Positions 1 through 25,999 of a stretch of 64,000 nt of DNA are shown here, piece after piece. Both the position numbers and the translations under genes were made by a program. Source of the stretch: Macrostomum lignano (lineage: Eukaryota); contig NIVC01000889.1 in the NCBI GenBank assembly GCA_002269645.1, forward strand, positions 354,696 to 418,695, written 5' to 3'. A model generated the notes under the pieces. The model was not told where the DNA came from. It saw nothing but the letters and a program-made list of their open reading frames with translations, and searched no databases. Within the stretch, counting starts at the first letter, position 1, and every line of letters starts with the position of its first letter.

Positions 1-14339
<14,339 letters not shown>

Positions 14340-14900
14340 TTCCAACTGGCAACATGGCACGCTTGCGAGAGGCCGCTCTACTTCGAAATCACTTGCCCGG
14401 CCACCTCCCGGCTTCTTCTAGTAGAGGAGAGAAGGGTGGAAATGTTTTTTAAAAGCCGCACAGAGAAGGGGAACCTGCCCGGTTGGCCAGGGAGAGGGGA
14501 GGAGCCGGCGGCCTTGAGGTGGTCCAGTTGGTCCGGCGATTGGCTGGCAGACGGACAGCCGCAAACATGCAACAGACAGGCGGACAAAGAATTCACAGAC
14601 TGGCCTGTTCGCTGGGTCTTTTTTCTGTCTGTATTCGGTAATTTCTGCTCAATATAAATCTGCTCGTTGATTTTTCTTTTACCTTTTTCTCTACTAAATG
14701 ACCATGTCAAATTAGAGAATTTGGAGAATTACTGCTCCGTAGATAGAAGCCATTTATTTTAGTTACGAAAACGTGCCACACTGTGCTGTCCGCAAGCGGC
14801 CACTGTACTGCCGGCCGTGCCAGGTGGGGTGGGGGCCGCCCGAGCCCCTGCGCCCGGGCCAATGGACCGCCAGACCAATCAGTGGCTCTCGGTCGGTCCA
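14340..14900 (-). promoter_or_regulatory. Putative BCL11 5' UTR / proximal promoter
   Basis: GC-rich region immediately upstream of the ATG with CCAAT boxes (gattgg ~14538, ccaatgg ~14858, ccaatc ~14875). Position-based inference only. Confidence 0.35.
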
Positions 14901-15131
14901 GGGGAAGGGGCAGGGCAGGGGACCCCGTCGACGCCACTTCCCCAAGGCAGCTTTTTCCCTCCAAAATCTTCCCAGCCATTTTTTCGGTCTTAGCATTGGT
15001 CAGGTGGCCGAGTGGGAGGAGGCGGGGGGAGATAAAACGATACGGGAAGGTGAGTTCTCCAGCGGACAGAGAGAGACATACTACTATACGAGGTGGGTCC
15101 AGTAGCATGCGACGAATATATGCAAATTAAC

Positions 15132-15973
<842 letters not shown>

Positions 15974-16672
15974 CTCATACTGCATCCGGTTTACCAGGTG
16001 GCCCCCAGGTGTGAAGCGCGTGTCACCCCGGTTCCGCATGCAGTCCTCGCTCCTTACTCCCCTATTTTCTCTCATCGGCAATCCTCCGACAACAATGAAC
16101 CAAGAGGATTTTCAAGAATTATAAATTAGCTCTCAGATTTGGCAAGGCACCCATTGTCCTCAATGATAGGCGGGGCTCGGAGTCACTCGAGTTTGAAGGT
16201 CGCTCAGCTTCTTAAGCGCACTTATGAATCGCCCAGAGCATCAAATCTGCCCCGCAACCCTCAGCTCGACCCTGCAATTTTATTTTTTAACCAGTGATCT
16301 TAATAATGAAAAAAATGGACGGCTCAATTAAAAATGTAGTTGCCATGCCGCACCAGCGATAGTTCACAGGAGTCGTCTTCCTTTTTGTTGCAACGCAAAA
16401 CCGTGACTTCGCTTCTGACCCCAAAATCTGCTTTCCACAATGCTCAGACCGAATCGCCTCGGGGTGGCTTTTAATAGTCGCTCGGGTCGCTCGTAGAGCA
16501 GATGTTGAAGCCCGTTATTCCGAATTTATATTTCATTGATGCACTGAGCTGGCCAGAGAAGTTCTACCTCGCTATTCTCTTTTTTCTCTACTTACTGTCT
16601 CACCATTTCTCACTACACAGCTGGTTGTTCTCCCGCCCTGTTATCTTCTCTTTTCTCTTCCCACTCCGCCAT

Positions 16673-17640
16673 CTCTCCCTCTCCATTTTCCCTCTTCCTC
16701 TCTCCCACTCTCCCACTCTCCCACTCTCCCACTCTCCACTTCTCTCCCACTCTCCCCCTCTCCACCTCTCTCCCACTCTCCCCCTCTCCACCTCTCTCCC
16801 ACTCTCCCCCTCTCCACCTCTCTCCCACTCTCCCCCTCCACCTCTCTCCCACTCTCCCCCTCTCCACCTCTCTCCCACTCTCCCCCTCTCCCCTCTCTCC
16901 CACTCTCCCCCTCTCCACCTCTCTCCCACTCTCCCCCTCTCCACCTCTCTCCCACTCTCCCCCTCTCCACCTCTCTCCCACTCTCCCCTCTCCACCTCTC
17001 TCCCACTCTCCCCTCTCCACCTCTCTCTCCCACTCTCCCCCTCTCCACCTCTCTCCCACTCTCCCCTCTCCACCTCTCTCCCACTCTCCCCCTCTCCACC
17101 TCTCTCCCACTCTCCCCCTTTTCACCTCTCTCCCACTCTCCCCCTCTCCACCTCTCTCCCACTCTCCCCCTCTCCACCTCTCTCCCACTCTCCCCCTCTC
17201 CACCTCTCTCTCCCACTCTCCCCCTCTCCACCTCTCTCCCACTCTCCCCCTCTCCACCTCTCTCCCACTCTCCCCCTCTCCACCTCTCTCCCACTCTCCC
17301 CTCTCCACCTCTCTCTCCCACTCTCCCCCTCCACCTCTCTCCCACTCTCCCCTCTCCACCTCTCTCCCACTCTCCCCCTCTCCACCTCTCTCCCACTCTC
17401 TACCTCTCTCCCACTCTCCACCTCTCTCCCACTCTCTACCTCTCCACCTCTCTCCCACTCTCCACCTCTCTCCCACTCTCCCCCTCTCCACCTCTCTCCC
17501 ACTCTCTCCCACTCTCCCCCTCTCCACCACTCTCCCCCTCTCCACCTCTCTCCCACTCTCCCCCTCTCCACCTCTCTCCCACTCTCTACCTCTCTCCCAC
17601 TCTCCCCCTCTCTCCCACTCTCCCCCACTCTTTCTCTACC
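16673..17640. repeat. Pyrimidine-rich low-complexity tandem repeat (CTCTCCCACT/CTCTCCAC units)
   Basis: About 1 kb with essentially no G on the + strand, built from CTCTCCCACTCTCCCC-type units. Confidence 0.95.
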
Positions 17641-18344
17641 TAGTCTTCCTATCTCTTCCTCTTATCTCTCTGCCTCACTCTCTCGTCGCCTCTCTCCCCT
17701 AGCTCTCTCATATCCGTCTTCTGTCTGTTCCTCTGAGTGCGACTTCGGTACGATCCTGCAGCCAGCAGTCAGATCTTTCTTCTCGTCACTCGCTGAGCTG
17801 AAAGAGCTGAACTCTTACCGCTCGTACGAGTAGTCTCTAGAAGAAGCTGTGCTCGGTTTAACATTGAAGTGTCAAAAAAACGTAAGCGCTCCTCCTTCTT
17901 AACGCTCTCTTCTCTTTTAGTCAGCGAAACAATAAACTGAGAGACTGGTTCAGACCAGAGGAACAAATTCTAACTACAATGACAGCTTTGTGGGCGAGAC
18001 TCTAAAGAAAAGGTTGTCAACTGTCAAGTCAAGTGTACAAGCCTTTCTGGTATTGTATTTTTTAAACAAAAAAAGTTTGCACGGGCGCTGGGACACTCGA
18101 TGATATTGATCCCACACTGGTCCGCTCTCGGTCCAGTGAGTTTTGGATTGCCCATCAGAGTCATCAAGTGAGCTTTGTGCGAACATGGGGTTTATATATG
18201 TTTATATATTTAATTTTAATATTCTGTCTGCTCTAAGCAGCTAGGAATACTACTGTGAGTAGAAATATAGCCATAGGTATAAAAATATAAACGATAGTTT
18301 ATCCGAAGAAATAGGTGCTGCTGGTCAAAGTGTATATCTGTCTA

Positions 18345-18760
18345 ATTGTTTGTCTAAGTGTCTGTCTAGTGTCTTTTTAAGTGTCTTAATGTCTGCCTTG
18401 GTGCCTCTCTCAGTGTCTGTGCTAGTGTCTGTCTTAATGTCTGTCTTAGTGCCTGTCTTAGTGCCTGTCTTAGTGTCTGTATTAGTGTCCGCCTCAATGT
18501 CTGTTCTAATGTCTCAGTGTCTGTCTTAGTACCTTGTCTGTCTTAGTGTCTTTCTAAGTGTCTGTCTTAGTGTCTTTCTATGTGTCTGTCTTAGTGTCTT
18601 TCTAAGTGTCTGCCTTAGTGTCTGTCTCAGTGCCTGTCTCAGTGTCTGTCTCAGTGCCTGTCTCAGTGCCTGTCTCAGTGTCTGTCTCAGTGTCTGTTTC
18701 AGTGCCTGTCTCAGTGCCTGTCTCAGTGCCTGTCTCAGTGTCTGTCTATCTCAGTGTCTT
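18345..18760. repeat. 12-bp minisatellite downstream of iGluR-like gene A
   Basis: GTGTCTGTCTTA / GTGCCTGTCTCA units. Confidence 0.85.
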
Positions 18761-18776
18761 CCTGTCTATCAGCCTG

Positions 18777-21700
18777 TCAGTACAGCACGCAGTCAGCGGG
18801 CTGCCGGTGCCCCAGCCGAGTCCAGGCCAGCTCCATCAGCAGGATGCAGACTCCGATGCTGTACAGACCGCCCACCAGCAGCAGGCAGCCGCCCACCCTG
18901 TCCAGTCCGATGGATGCCGCTTCGGTCGCTGCAGCGCCGCTGCCCCCGCCGCTGCTCACATCGCAGCCGTCGCCCCTGGACTTGGCGAAGTCCACATACT
19001 CGTCCAGCAGTTTCTGCAGCAGCCCCGACTCGCGCAACTTCTGCAGACTGCAGGTTTTTTGGGGGCTCGCTTTCGCTCTTCCAGAAGAAGTAAAAGTAAT
19101 TGGTGAGCCCTAATTACCGAAATCGACTTCCCTAATTTCCCTAATCGGCTTCCCTAATTCCACCCTAATCGACTTCCCTAATCCCCCCTAATCGACTTCC
19201 CTAATCCCCCCTAATCGACTTCCCTGATTCCCCCTAATCGACTTCCCTGATTCCCCCTAATCGACTTCCCTAATTTCCCCTAATCGACTTCCCTAATTCC
19301 ACCCTAATCGACTTCCCTGATTCCCCCTAATCGACTTCCCTGATTCCCCCTAATCGACTTCCCTGATTCCCCCTAATCAACTTCCCTAATTTCCCCTAAT
19401 CGACTTCCCTATTCCACCCTAATCGACTTCCCTGATTCCCCCTAATCGACTTCCCTATTCCACCCTAATCGACTTCCCTGATTCCCCCTAATCGACTTCC
19501 CTAATTTCCCTTAATCGACTAATCGACTTTCCCAATTTCCCACTCGTCTCATCAATTCTCCTGCACGAGCTCCCCTATTATCGCTCTCACTGGAAGTCCA
19601 TCAGTTCTGAGTACACAGCATCCTCAGGGTACATGTAGGCTAGGCTGGCCCTGTTGAACTGCTCCTTGGCCAGGTAGAACTCTGAGCAGCTGCGACTAGC
19701 AAAGACCATCAAGAAGGTGTAGTCTCCGATGCAGGCTCGCTCCTTTGATTCCATCTGTGAGAAAAATTTCATTGATTTTTTATTGGATTTAACAGCGATT
19801 ACTGCATCGGCTAGCTGAAAGTGCTAGAAATCAGAACATCTGGAGAATCCCATATAAGAGTCTGAGTTTTTGGAGAATTTCATCACTGAGATCATGAGAG
19901 TCTCAACATTGAGATCACGAGAGTCCAAACATTGAGATAATGAGAATCTCAACGTCTCACTGGTAAGCTCATGAGAATCTCAGAACTGAGATCATGAGAA
20001 TATCAGAACTGAAATCATGAGAATCTCAACATTGAGATCATGAGAGCTCAACATTGAGATCACGAGAGTCTAAACATTGAGATAATGAGAATCTTAACAG
20101 CTCACTGGTGAGCTCATGAGAATCTCAATGGTGTGATAATGAGAATCTCAAGGGTGAGATCGTGAGAATCTCAGAACTGAGATCATGAGAATTTCAGAAC
20201 TGAGATCATGAGAACTTCAAGCGTGAGATCATGAGAATCTCAGAACTGAGATCATGAGAATCTCAACGTCTCACTGGTGAGATCATGAGAATCTCAACAT
20301 CTTACTGGTGTGATGATGAGAATCGCAACACGAGACCATGAGAATCTCAACACTGAGACCGAGAATCTCAACTTTGTTGACTTTCATCATGTTTAGTTTC
20401 TATAAAACAAAACAGCGATCTCACCTCATCCATGCATTTCCGACCAGACTCTACCGGTATCACGGTATCGCCGACCTGCTTGTAAACGCCAGATTTTGCT
20501 TCCTTAAATAGCGAGTGAGAATTCGTATCGACAATGACCATCGGCTTGATGGCGGACTGAGCCACCAGCTCATCCAGGGTCTCGATTGACTTGGCCACGG
20601 TGTTTACAGTCAGGTGTGACGTTAAATCAGCTGCAGATGAATTTGCAGATATTATAATACTTTCAAATCACTGATAGCTCATCCTCAGATGTAATCATTC
20701 CCGTGTACACCCCAAAGCATAGATAGCTCAAACCCGTGTACACCCCAAACCATAGATAGCTTAAACCCATGTACACCCCAAACAATACAGTGTAGATAAT
20801 TCCTCTGTGTACATTTCAAACCATAGATAATTCCTCCGTGTACACCCCAAACCATAGATAATTCCTACGTGTACACCCCAAACCATAGATAATTCATTCC
20901 GTGTACACCCCAAACCATAGATAGCTCAAACGCGTGTACGCCCCAAACCATAGAATACACCCAATACCCATTCCAATAACCCCTCAGCTCATGAATTCAT
21001 CCGCTTTCTCACCCCTCACAATCTCAAGTCTTACCCGTGAAAGCGCAGTAGATAATCACGGTAAACATCCACCAGAAAGCCATGGCAGTCCGGGCAGACA
21101 CAGCGAATGGATAGAAGTCCTGGCCTTGCTGCATAAAACTGCCAATCGCACTCCACAGATACTCCTGCAGCCAGACCTCGTCGGCGATGGAAAACTCAAG
21201 ACCGAGATTGTACGCCGAGAATGGAGAGAAATAAGCAAAAAACCAGACGGAGATTGCGCAAAACGCAATGGACGCTACTAACAGTAGCCAGATTAGGATG
21301 CCAAACGATTGAAAGGCATTCCACAGTCGGGGCGGCGGCCGCGGCCGAGGCAGCATCATACCGGTCGACTCCTCCATCAGTGGCACCGAAAATTCAATCA
21401 CCGTTTGCCGAGCAGCCGTCATCGTGAAGTGCCCGGCGGCCAGGGTCACAAGCTGCAACAGTGACACGGCTACCTAAACTCCAGGTCAGGAAACAGAACA
21501 CCCCAGACCCACTGCAGACTACTCACGCCTTTCTGCAGTTCTCCAACACAGCCGGAAAAGATGCTTGAGTTCGGCAGTGGAGCGCCCCATTTGTTGTCGT
21601 CAGAACGTTTCGCAATGAAACTTGAGGAGATGGATATTTTGCATGGATTTTGTATTGATGAGGTAGCCTCAATTCTTAGTTTTTGGTCAACAGATACCTG

Positions 21701-24700
21701 AGCGACACCGTACACACTCCATGAGCAGCCAGTCTCTGACCGACACCGCATACACTCCAGCAGCCAGTCAGTCTCTGACCGACACCTTGCGCACTCCATG
21801 AGCAGTCAGCCCCCGCCAACACTTACCGGAAGTCCATTTTCTCAGCCAGCTTGTTCAGCACGGACGCTGTGAAGCCAGAAAATTTGGCGCTGCTGTCCTA
21901 CAAAGAGTATTTTTGCGGTTTGGCGGCGTGAATATTGACACAACATTAAAATTTATTTCTCTCAGCAACACCCGACTTACCGCAGGTGCCTCGGGTGCGC
22001 AAATGGTGATGGTCTCGTTCTTGAAGCCCAGAAAGGTGTTGGGGAAGACCAGCTGCTCAGACCGGTAGCTGAACAGTTTGCTCAGCTCACCGCTGGACAC
22101 GTCGAACGCGGCTGATCGAAGGAACTCCAGCGGTGAGGACTTCAACTTGTTGTAAGAAGCGACCAGCTCTAGACCCTGCGAGTCGAGGTGTCTGGTGCTG
22201 GCGTTGAAGGACGTCCGACCTTTCAGCTGTGAAATGGTGAACAGGTATGAGTAGGTATTTGACTCGACTATTCAGTCCTGGTAATCTAGCGAAGCTTCAA
22301 TCTATATAGCTCAGTTGGCTCACAGCGATCAGTTTAGTCATCACGGAGCTACCGTTGCTCCAGGGTTGCAGAGGCAGACAGGAGGCATTGCTGGGCTGGA
22401 ATCCGGGCAACAGCAGCGACTGGTTCAGCGCGGCAGCCACAGCTTCCACAGCCTCAACGAATCGAACGTCCAGGGTCTGCGGATCAAGTCAAGCTCGCAT
22501 TTTTACTAAATTTGCGCAAAGTCAACAATTGATCTCTAAGACTTAGAGAATGATACATCATTCACATCTTTAAGCCTCAAACACTTTTGCATCTTAAAAC
22601 AAAATTTGTCCTGACGCTTTTTATCTTTAGGAAATCCTTTCATCCTTGACGCACGCGTTTCGACACTCCTGTTCACATCATGTGCCGTTGAAAACTACGG
22701 AAACTGTTGGCATTCGGGTTCTTGACACTTTCAACTTCAGTGTTACGAGCTGCATCATGTTACTTAATATACCAAATAATGTGACCTGTTGGGCCGTTGG
22801 CGACACCAGCTGGCAGGCAACATCATCCGCACCGAGTCGTACATGTACTGCCCACAGCGTGGTGCAGTAGGTGCTGCTGCTGAGGATCTCACATCCTTGA
22901 TGCAATCCTCAGACACTGCTGTATCTCACACCCTTGATGCAATCCTCAGACACTGCTGCACCTCACATCCTTGATGCAATCCTCAGACATTACTGCATCT
23001 CACATCCTTGATGCAATCCTCAGACATTACTGCATCTCACATCCTTGATGCAATCTTCAGACATTACTGCATCTCACATCCTTGATGCAATCCTCAGACA
23101 TTACTGCATCTCACATCCTTGATGCAATCCTCAGACACTGCTGCATCCATAACGTCCATTGCCATCTCGAGTCCTTACTCCCAGCTCACCCGCAAGCTCC
23201 GGCCGTCTCCAACTTCAAGCAGGTCCGTGCAGGCGGTTGAGCACTCGGCCGTGGCTCCTCTGAGCAGCGCCACATTGGCGCCAGCCGAGGCGGCCAGCGA
23301 AGCCGCCAGCGGGCCCGTGGAGAGGCCGCCGCCGTCCAGCAGCAGCCAGAAATAATTCTGCCCGAGCACCGCCGCGTCGGCCGCACGTCGCAGCGTTTCG
23401 ATCGCGTTGGCCGGCGTTGCCAATAGCAACAGACGGCGGACTCGCTTGCGGACGAGGCTGCGCAGACGCGACGTCAGGTTGGAGGAGGCCGTAGCTGTTG
23501 AGTCGAGCTGCAGGGCGAAGCTGCCGACTCCAACTCGAGACAGGCGGGACTGCAGCCGCTCCAGCACTGGCTGACCTAATGTTTCATAGAATAAAGCATA
23601 AATTCAGCGTCATATTTTTACTGCTAAATAATTGGCTTCATATACTGAATCTCAACTCTGCTCCCTATCGAAGAGAATCGCGGCCTGGCTGTTCCGCGAT
23701 GAGCTGCCAGTGCCAGCTGACTGGATGGCCGCCACGGCTGCCGAGATGAAGTCCCGACTTGAATGCATGCCGAACAGGACAGAACTGCCGTCTGAAGTGT
23801 GAGAAAGTCTGTTGATAGCTAATAATGTCTTTTGGAGTCAGTCGAAATCTCTTGTAAGCATCGACAGCGTTTCGCAAAAAATCAAAGGAATCAGCTTTTA
23901 AAAATTTGACTAATGGCCCTTCTAGATTTCTGGATATCACTGTAATCAGTGGAGCTAAGCTTAGAGTAAAGTATTAGATTTCTAATATATCAAACAGTCT
24001 TTCACTTCGAAATCAGAGAATCTCCCCCTGAAATTTAAGAATCTCACCTTGAAATTTGAGAATCTCACCTCGAAATCCGAGAATATCACCTCGAAATCTA
24101 AGAATCTCACCTTGCAATTTAAGAATCTCACCTTAAAACCTAAGAATCCCACCTCGAAATCTAAGAATATCACCTTTAAATCTTAGAATCTCACCTCGAA
24201 ATCTATTATTCCTACCTCACATCTTATATTAGAATTATCTAGAATCTTAAATTTTAAAAAGACTCCCCCAAAAAGTCTCAAAGAGGCTCTCTAGTAGGTG
24301 GCTCACCAGTCCAGTCGCACCCCAGCTCGGAGGGCAGGGCCAGCAGAGGCACCCGCAAAGACTCGGCCAGGGGAGTCACCTGCCTGAGCAGGCGACAACG
24401 GCCGGTGGCAATAATTGCTGAGAGATTCCGCTCGCTGCACACTGTGAGGTTGAAAATGTGTCTTTGTACATACTATGGACATGTACTGTCTATGGACACA
24501 AGCTGTACCGCCTGTGGACATAAGCTGTACTGTCTATAGACACGGACTGTATTGTCTATGGACACAAAATGGACACAAACTGTACTGTCTGTGAACACAA
24601 ACTGTACTGTCATTAGACAAACTGTGCTGTCTGTAGACACAAGCTGTACTGTCGATGGACACAAGTTGTACCGTTTATAGACACAAACTGCACTGTCTGT

Positions 24701-25613
24701 CGACACAAACTGCACTGTGTATAGGCAAAAACTGCGCTGTTAGTAGACACAAACTGGACGCATACTGGACTGTCTATAGACACAAACTGTACTGTGTGTA
24801 GACACAAACTGTACTGCCTATGGACACAAAATGGTCACAAGCTGTACTGTCTATGGACACAAATGGTCACAAACTGTACTGTCTATGGACACAAAATGGT
24901 CACAAACTGTACTTTTCTATGGACACAAAATGGTCACAAACTGTACTGTCTATGGACACAAATGGTCACAAACTGTACTGTCTATGGACACAAAATGGTC
25001 ACAAACTGTACTGTCTATGGACACAAAATGGTCACAAACTGTATTGTCTATGGACACAAAATGGTCACAAACTGTACTGTCTATGGACACAAATGGTCAC
25101 AAACTGTACTGTCTATGGACACAAATGGTCACAAACTGTACTGTCTATGGACACAAAATGGTCACAAACTGTACTGTCTATGGACACAAAATGGTCACAA
25201 ACTGTACTGTCTATGGACACAAAATGGTCACAAACTGTACTGTCTATGGACACAAATGGTCACAAACTGTACTGTCTATGGACACAAATGGTCACAAACT
25301 GTACTGTCTATGGACACAAAATGGTCACAAACTGTACTGTCTATGGACACAAATGGTCACAAACTGCACTGCATCACTCACACGCTCTCGCAGCCTCCAG
25401 ACCATCACTAGTTCGCACAATGACCGCAGTCATTGTATGACCCGCCAGCACTCTCCAGTTATTGCTGATCCGCAGTCGAAGTGTCAGGTTGATTAAAGAA
25501 TCGCTCAGCAGGTCGGCCTCAGTCACCACAGCAATCTTCAGCAGCAGGCTGCAGCTGGGATTAAAACTCAGACCCAGTAAGAGAATCAAGGAAAGTCCTG
25601 TGAAACCTGGCAT
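18777..25613 (-). CDS. Ionotropic glutamate receptor-like subunit A (signal peptide, ATD, S1, M1-M3, S2, M4), about 836 aa, 12 exons
   Basis: Exons 25613-25382, 24441-24307, 23791-23657, 23575-23190, 22476-22324, 22226-21981, 21897-21827, 21620-21527, 21452-21035, 20630-20425, 19754-19591, 19047-18777; GT-AG, phase-compatible, total 2511 nt. Motifs: MPGFTGLSLILLLGLS signal, DNKWG...GCVGELQKG, AGHFTMTAARQTVIEFSVP, GSFMQQGQDFYPFAVSARTAMAFWWMFTVIIYCAFTADLTSHLTV, M4 GLDRVGGCLLLVGGLYSIGVCILLME. Confidence 0.9.
19110..19545. repeat. ~21-bp intronic minisatellite containing CCCTAA
   Basis: CCCTAATCGACTTCCCT(A/G)ATT(C/T)C units in the last intron of iGluR-like A. Confidence 0.92.
19885..20370. repeat. 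~21-bp intronic minisatellite
   Basis: TGAGATCATGAGAATCTCA(GAAC/ACAT) units. Confidence 0.9.
20700..20955. repeat. ~30-bp intronic minisatellite
   Basis: GTGTACACCCCAAACCATAGATA-core units. Confidence 0.85.
22885..23145. repeat. 36-bp intronic minisatellite, shared with paralog B
   Basis: CACATCCTTGATGCAATCCTCAGACA(T/C)T(A/G)CTGCATCT, about 7 copies; same unit at 32590-32735. Confidence 0.92.
24000..24240. repeat. 21-bp intronic minisatellite
   Basis: AAGAATCTCACCTCGAAATCT units. Confidence 0.85.
24475..25365. repeat. 32/33-bp intronic minisatellite
   Basis: TGGACACAAA(A)TGGTCACAAACTGTACTGTCTA; homogeneous at 24820-25365, degenerate to the left. Confidence 0.95.
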
Positions 25614-25999
25614 TCTTTTTGGTGATAAGAAATCTTCAAATAATTTCTTCCGCGAATCTATGTCTTTTATATAAAAATGAGAGAAGGCATTTTCACCTGT
25701 TATTGATTTATTGAAGTTAAAAGTTAATAGCTTAATTCTGATTTATTGGCATTGGCAAAGCTCTCTTTCGCCTTACAGACTTTTATTGAATTACTTTTTC
25801 CTGAAAAAGCATTGAGGGACATGATAAAAGCTTTTAGTTCCACGTGTAATATTGATTTCATTTTTGGTTTGATAAATGCATTTACTTTTACCGATTAAGT
25901 GAACTGACTTAATGGAAATTCGACATTAAGCTAGGACTGATGACAAGCTTCGGATAATTTTCGAAAAACAGCAATATATCGATGTCTTTTAGCCCAAGA

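Noticed and set aside
16502-17966. Possible small gene or upstream exon (+ TILQPAVRSFF...SYE*; - exon ending GAGCG|gtaaga ~17818)
   Set aside because: No recognisable homology or consistent multi-exon structure.
18777-18791. C-terminal CVLY (A) and DCVF (B) as prenylation signals
   Set aside because: B does not fit CaaX and Tyr is an atypical X; a PDZ-type or palmitoylation role is possible but unsupported.
22790-22880. QYMYDSVRMM resembling the iGluR ATD YDAV motif
   Set aside because: Absent from paralog B, frame closes quickly, and the gene model is complete without it.
23100-23189. In-frame continuation past the TAA after VSWE (possible readthrough into the 36-bp repeat)
   Set aside because: A canonical CGG|gtgagc donor before the stop gives the correct phase in both paralogs.
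24794-25496. Cys/His-containing repeat ORFs (MVTNCTVYGHK) and those at 28143-28840
   Set aside because: Frames of 32/33-bp and 25-bp minisatellites; not annotated as proteins.
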